From contig DF237361.1 of NCBI GenBank assembly GCA_000708835.1, forward strand, positions 1-64,000: a stretch of 64,000 nt of DNA. Reading direction: 5' to 3'. The notes under the pieces were generated by a model. It saw only the letters and a program-made list of their open reading frames with translations. It did no database searches and had not been told where the DNA came from. The stretch comes from Klebsormidium nitens (taxonomy: Eukaryota > Plantae > Klebsormidiophyceae). The position numbers and the translations under genes are program-made. Below are positions 60,288-64,000 of the stretch, piece after piece; the stretch's first letter is position 1; each line of letters opens with the position of its first letter.

Positions 60288-62820
60288 CTAGAACAGCAAA
60301 GGAACAATTGCTTTTCTTTCTTTAGGATAATCCTCGAACTTTGTAACGTACCATCGTCTTGCTAGCTGTGCAGCATATGTCAAGTTGGCGACCTACAAGA
60401 CGAACGAAGCGAAACCTTCAGCAATGAATGGCTGGAGAGCTAATGGCCGTGACAATCGTAGAACGTGCCAACAACTCCGACAGCTTGGTTGAGTTGCTCC
60501 CAGTCAGAACAAGATACTTTCGGCTACTAGAGTACAGCCCAGATCGGGCAATGAGTAGAGCGGGACCCTACTTGTGCGTCCAAAGCCGGAGTGCCACAGA
60601 AACAGACTTTGGACCCTTCAAGGAAAGTGCTTGGAGTGAATCGGACAGCCGCTTGTCCTCGAAGCAACTTGTGAAGCATGTGTTCCAAGGCATGTGTCCA
60701 ACTAGCCTCCGCTATGTTTGGTTCTTCAATTCATCATGCACTCCAACCCCTGCCTAAAGCTCCACCGAGCGAATCCAGAGGCTACAAACAATTTTACAGG
60801 CTGAGAGAGAGTCTCTGTACCCGGAAAAAGCAATACTTACCACCCAGGAGAACATGAGCCAAATAGTGAGATCCTTTCCTTCACTCACGACGACCAAACC
60901 TAGGTATAGAAGCTGCACACGAGGAGAGCACTCGTTGGAAACTACACGGAAGATGTTCACACCGTCCATAAGCAGAGGAAGAGCCTGCGCTTACAGCAGG
61001 GATATGCGGCGCAATCTCTTGTCTGATCCGTATGCACATGGTGGTGGCTGCGGCCACAAGCACGCGGTGAACGAAGTTGTACACATTGACAAGCATTCGG
61101 AAGAGCCGTCGAGAAGAGCGACCTTACAATTTCTGCCAGGTAGTGCGGACAGGCGACCCATTCGAACCAGTCCCCCCGAGGGATTCTATAGACCGGGATC
61201 TTGTCGAAGGGGCCTGACCGATGTCGTAGCCCAGCCTGCGTGCAACACTTTCCTGATCAGAAACCAGAAGGTTGGGAGTCGCGTCCAGAGATCGTCATCT
61301 GGTGGGCGAACTTTGTGAAGTCGTCAGATCCGCTTGAACGAAGACCTTTCAGAGCAGGCCCGCAACACGAAGAGCACAGCGCGTCACCCTGGGCCTTACT
61401 TCTGAAGGTGCGTTGCAAATCAAACGCAAAACGGCAAGGACTGATTACACTGCCGGGAGCAGTTTTTGTTTCAGCAATGAAACGAAGACGTGGAGTGGAC
61501 GATCGTGTTTCAAAGCAGTTCTTGCCAGCACAAAGCCAAAGATGCGCAGTCTGAGTTGCTCACCAAAATTTGCCCCAGTTGATGTTGCTTGATGTTGGCA
61601 AAGATAAAGAGGAGGCCTCCCAGCACTTCGTGCCAGGAGAAGAGGCCCCAGACCGTCTTCACCTTCTTGGAGCGGTGGACATAGAGGGTCAAAGGTGCCG
61701 CCACGTAGTAACTGCATAGAACGACTACTTGTCTAAGAAAACTCTCAGGCGCCGACCTGGTCGAAAGCAATTGCACCCTCACGTACCTTCAGCAGACTTC
61801 AAAAGGAAGAGTCTACTTGCGGAAGGACGTGAGGTACGAGCGCGCATCCTTTCAATCAACCTGCCCAAAAATCCTCGATTAGAATCTCAGTATGATTCAA
61901 CTGAAAAAGTGACCAGAAACATGGGCGCAGAAGCTACTTACCAGAGGCCGTACACGTAACTCGCAATGTGCATCCTGGACCCCGGGGCGTGCTTCTCCAG
62001 CATCGTGCTTTCGCACAGCCGCCGAGCAGTGTGAACTAGCATGAGGGCCAGCAAGAAGATGGACTCCGCATGTTCGAAACCCTCAGCGAACGGGTGTGGT
62101 TTCTTGGGCTGGGGTGTGTCTGACGGTGAGGGCCAGAACCTGAAGTTCTCGGGATAGAACGTGTGGTGAATGAGGCCGAGGGTGCTCATGAAGCCAACCA
62201 GGTAGAAATGGGAGAAGTAGTCCTGGGGGACCGTGACGTCCTGCACGCAGAAGAAGAGTGCTTACACGATGCTTGCGGCAAAGTGCTTACATGATGCTCT
62301 TGTTGTTGGTCTCTGGTTCTGCTGTCCTGCGTTCTGAGGGCATGCGAGAGAGAAGGTTGACTTAGGATGTGCTGTGGCTTCTTAAGCCTCATGATGTCTG
62401 GACAGAAGTTTTTTTTAGTCACGCAGAAAGAGCATCTCGTTCAGCGATATGTTTGGTAGCAAACCCGTCACATTCAATCAAGTGATTGATTAGCCACTCT
62501 ACAGACTCTTGTGCTGGCAGAGCATGAATGATGGTCAATCATCTGACGTCAAATCGTATAGGCTCCATCATTGTCGCATCACTCACCCACAAGCGGGCCA
62601 GGGGCCCCTTCTTCGCACCAGGATCGACTTTCTCAACAACCCGAAGCTTCCCCCGTCCCGCACTCTTCCGGAGGAAGCGCTGGTAGAAACCAAATGGGAG
62701 AACACCCAGGACCACAAGAGTAGTTGACAGCAACCAGAAGACTCTCAGTGCGCCGATGAGAAAGCTCCCAGCCAGGGCGTCAGATAGAACTGATGCGCCG
62801 GAATCCACTGCCTGTTCCAT
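60288..62820 (-). CDS. PPRD: Polyprenol (polyprenal) reductase, SRD5A3/DFG10 family, ~321 aa
   Basis: Exons 62820-62587, 62240-61942, 61711-61564, 61235-61128, 60912-60841, 60392-60288. GRGKL, TVPQDYFSHFYLVG, HTARRLCES, SRMHIASY, YRIPRGDWFEWVACPHYLAEI, VANLTYAA, WYVTKFEDYPKERKAIVPLLF*. Confidence 0.93.
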
Positions 62821-63820
62821 CACTTCTGCAGATTGTCGACGAACTGACTCCTAGAAAGCCCTTGCCGATGACCCTTCAGCCCTTGGACATCTGGGTTCTC
62901 CCCTGCGAGGCAGATATGATTATACTTGTCTCAAAAACTTTGGTTGCTGTAATATGTGGCATCTGGTAGCTGGAATGTAGCAACATTCTTGACTACAGTA
63001 GAGAAAATCAGATGAAAAGCCTGAGAACATGGTGTACCTCAAAAGAAGTGCACACAGTATCGTCATCTAGAAGCTTGACCGCAAAATCGTCAGCAGCTGT
63101 TTGTTCCGCAGGGCTTTGTTTCTCAATGCGTCCAAGAACTACAGAGCAAATCCTTTGAAGTTACTGAGCTCACAGGTCTGCCACAAGGCATCAGGGGCAG
63201 GTCCGTCGAAGACAACGTCCCCGTCATTGACAACATCACTGACAAGGTTTTTAGAACCAGTCATTCTGCAATTCCCTGGACAAATCCCTGGATAGAATTA
63301 CCTAGCTTCGAAACCAATGTTGAAGAAGTTGATGCTGTGCTGTTTCTTATCTTGCAGCTTCACTCATTGATATGTGGCGTAATAGCTTGGCAAGGTAATA
63401 ACAGAGCCCAACTTTTTTAAAAGCAGGGAGGAATCACCTGTCAGTGTCACTCTCCCACCGCACTCTGAGCACTATAAAGTACTGCCGAAACGTTGGCTGC
63501 ACAAAGTCTTGCACACCAGCACCAATCAGAAGAATGTGAGAAACTAACATTGACAGCTTACCAGCTTTGGCGCCTGCGCAGAATCCAGCACAATCGGCTC
63601 ACAATTATGTTTTTTTCTAGCTGGCTCCGCCCCAACTTGAGCCCCTTCGAATGCAGACGCAAGGGGGGGAGCGAAAGCGAGAAAGGGAAGAATGGTGGAA
63701 TGGAAGGGAAAAGAAGGGATCGCTGGAGGAATGAAAAGCAAAACAAGCACAACGTCTCAGACACGGGCGCCTACGACGATGTTTTGAAGGCGAATTTGTG
63801 GCGAATGTTGCTCTTCTAGC
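62821..63820 (-). promoter_or_regulatory. Putative multi-exon 5' leader of PPRD with upstream ORFs
   Basis: Minus-strand donors at 63561 (GTAAGC), 63301 (GTAATT) and 63037 (GTACAC); acceptors at 63438, 63266 and 62826, the last 5 nt before the ATG. Pyrimidine-rich first exon; uORFs at 63367, 63264 and 63066. The 36-nt second intron is doubtful. Confidence 0.5.
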
Positions 63821-63872
63821 CAAAGACGTTGCACCGACCGGCTGTAAACCAGGGATGCGGACAGGATTTTGC

Positions 63873-63896
63873 CCCGGGGCGCTTCTGCGCCCCGGG
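63873..63896. repeat. All-GC 10-bp inverted repeat (CCCGGGGCGC-TTCT-GCGCCCCGGG) upstream of the PPRD leader
   Basis: Read directly; further GGGGCGC copies follow at about 63907 and 63927. Confidence 0.8.
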
Positions 63897-64000
63897 CCTT
63901 TGCCCTGGGGCGCTGGCCAGCTTCGCTGGGGCGCAGAAAGTAGTACCGGGCTCCAAATACGCCCGGTTCCCTTATCACGTGCTATATTACGGGCCTGCAT

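Noticed and set aside
6490-62820. Functional gene cluster (RNA metabolism: VIR, eEF3, PPR, TrhO, PARN; trafficking/isoprenoid: OFUT, REP, AP3S, PPRD)
   Set aside because: Products act in different compartments and pathways; these broad categories are common enough to co-occur by chance.
63617-64000. 127-aa minus-strand ORF at the window edge
   Set aside because: Low-complexity translation of promoter and pyrimidine-rich leader sequence; no coding features.
1-64000. tRNA, rRNA, telomeric arrays or intact transposon ORFs
   Set aside because: No cloverleaf, rRNA-like segment, TTTAGGG array or RT/integrase/transposase motif found by eye; tRNAscan-SE, Infernal and RepeatMasker runs would be needed to exclude them fully.

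Overview
Eukaryotic nuclear DNA with GC-rich exons and many GT-AG introns. The gene set (VIR, P-class PPR, plant O-fucosyltransferase, VCCN-type bestrophin, AHG2-like PARN) together with an eEF3 suggests a streptophyte green alga such as Klebsormidium (inference, not verified). Splicing by hand gave 12 phase-consistent genes and one pseudogene: an orphan organelle-targeted protein (+), a LEA-like protein (+), VIRILIZER (-), eEF3 (+), PPR (-), TrhO-type rhodanese (+), O-fucosyltransferase (-), VCCN pseudogene (+), SDR (-), Rab escort protein (+), PARN (-), AP-3 sigma (+) and polyprenol reductase (-). No rRNA, tRNA, CRISPR or intact transposon was seen. Best leads: (1) eEF3 has a possible cassette exon encoding a GITLIGKK peptide-repeat extension, whose inclusion turns the upstream start into a uORF with an ATGA stop/start overlap; (2) six DPR motifs in the VIR C-terminal disordered region; (3) strict strand alternation of 12 consecutive loci, with CATG-rich tail-to-tail spacers; (4) a bestrophin gene fragment scarred by small insertions and a local inverted copy; (5) uORFs in the polyprenol reductase leader. 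Exon boundaries are manual predictions without transcript support.
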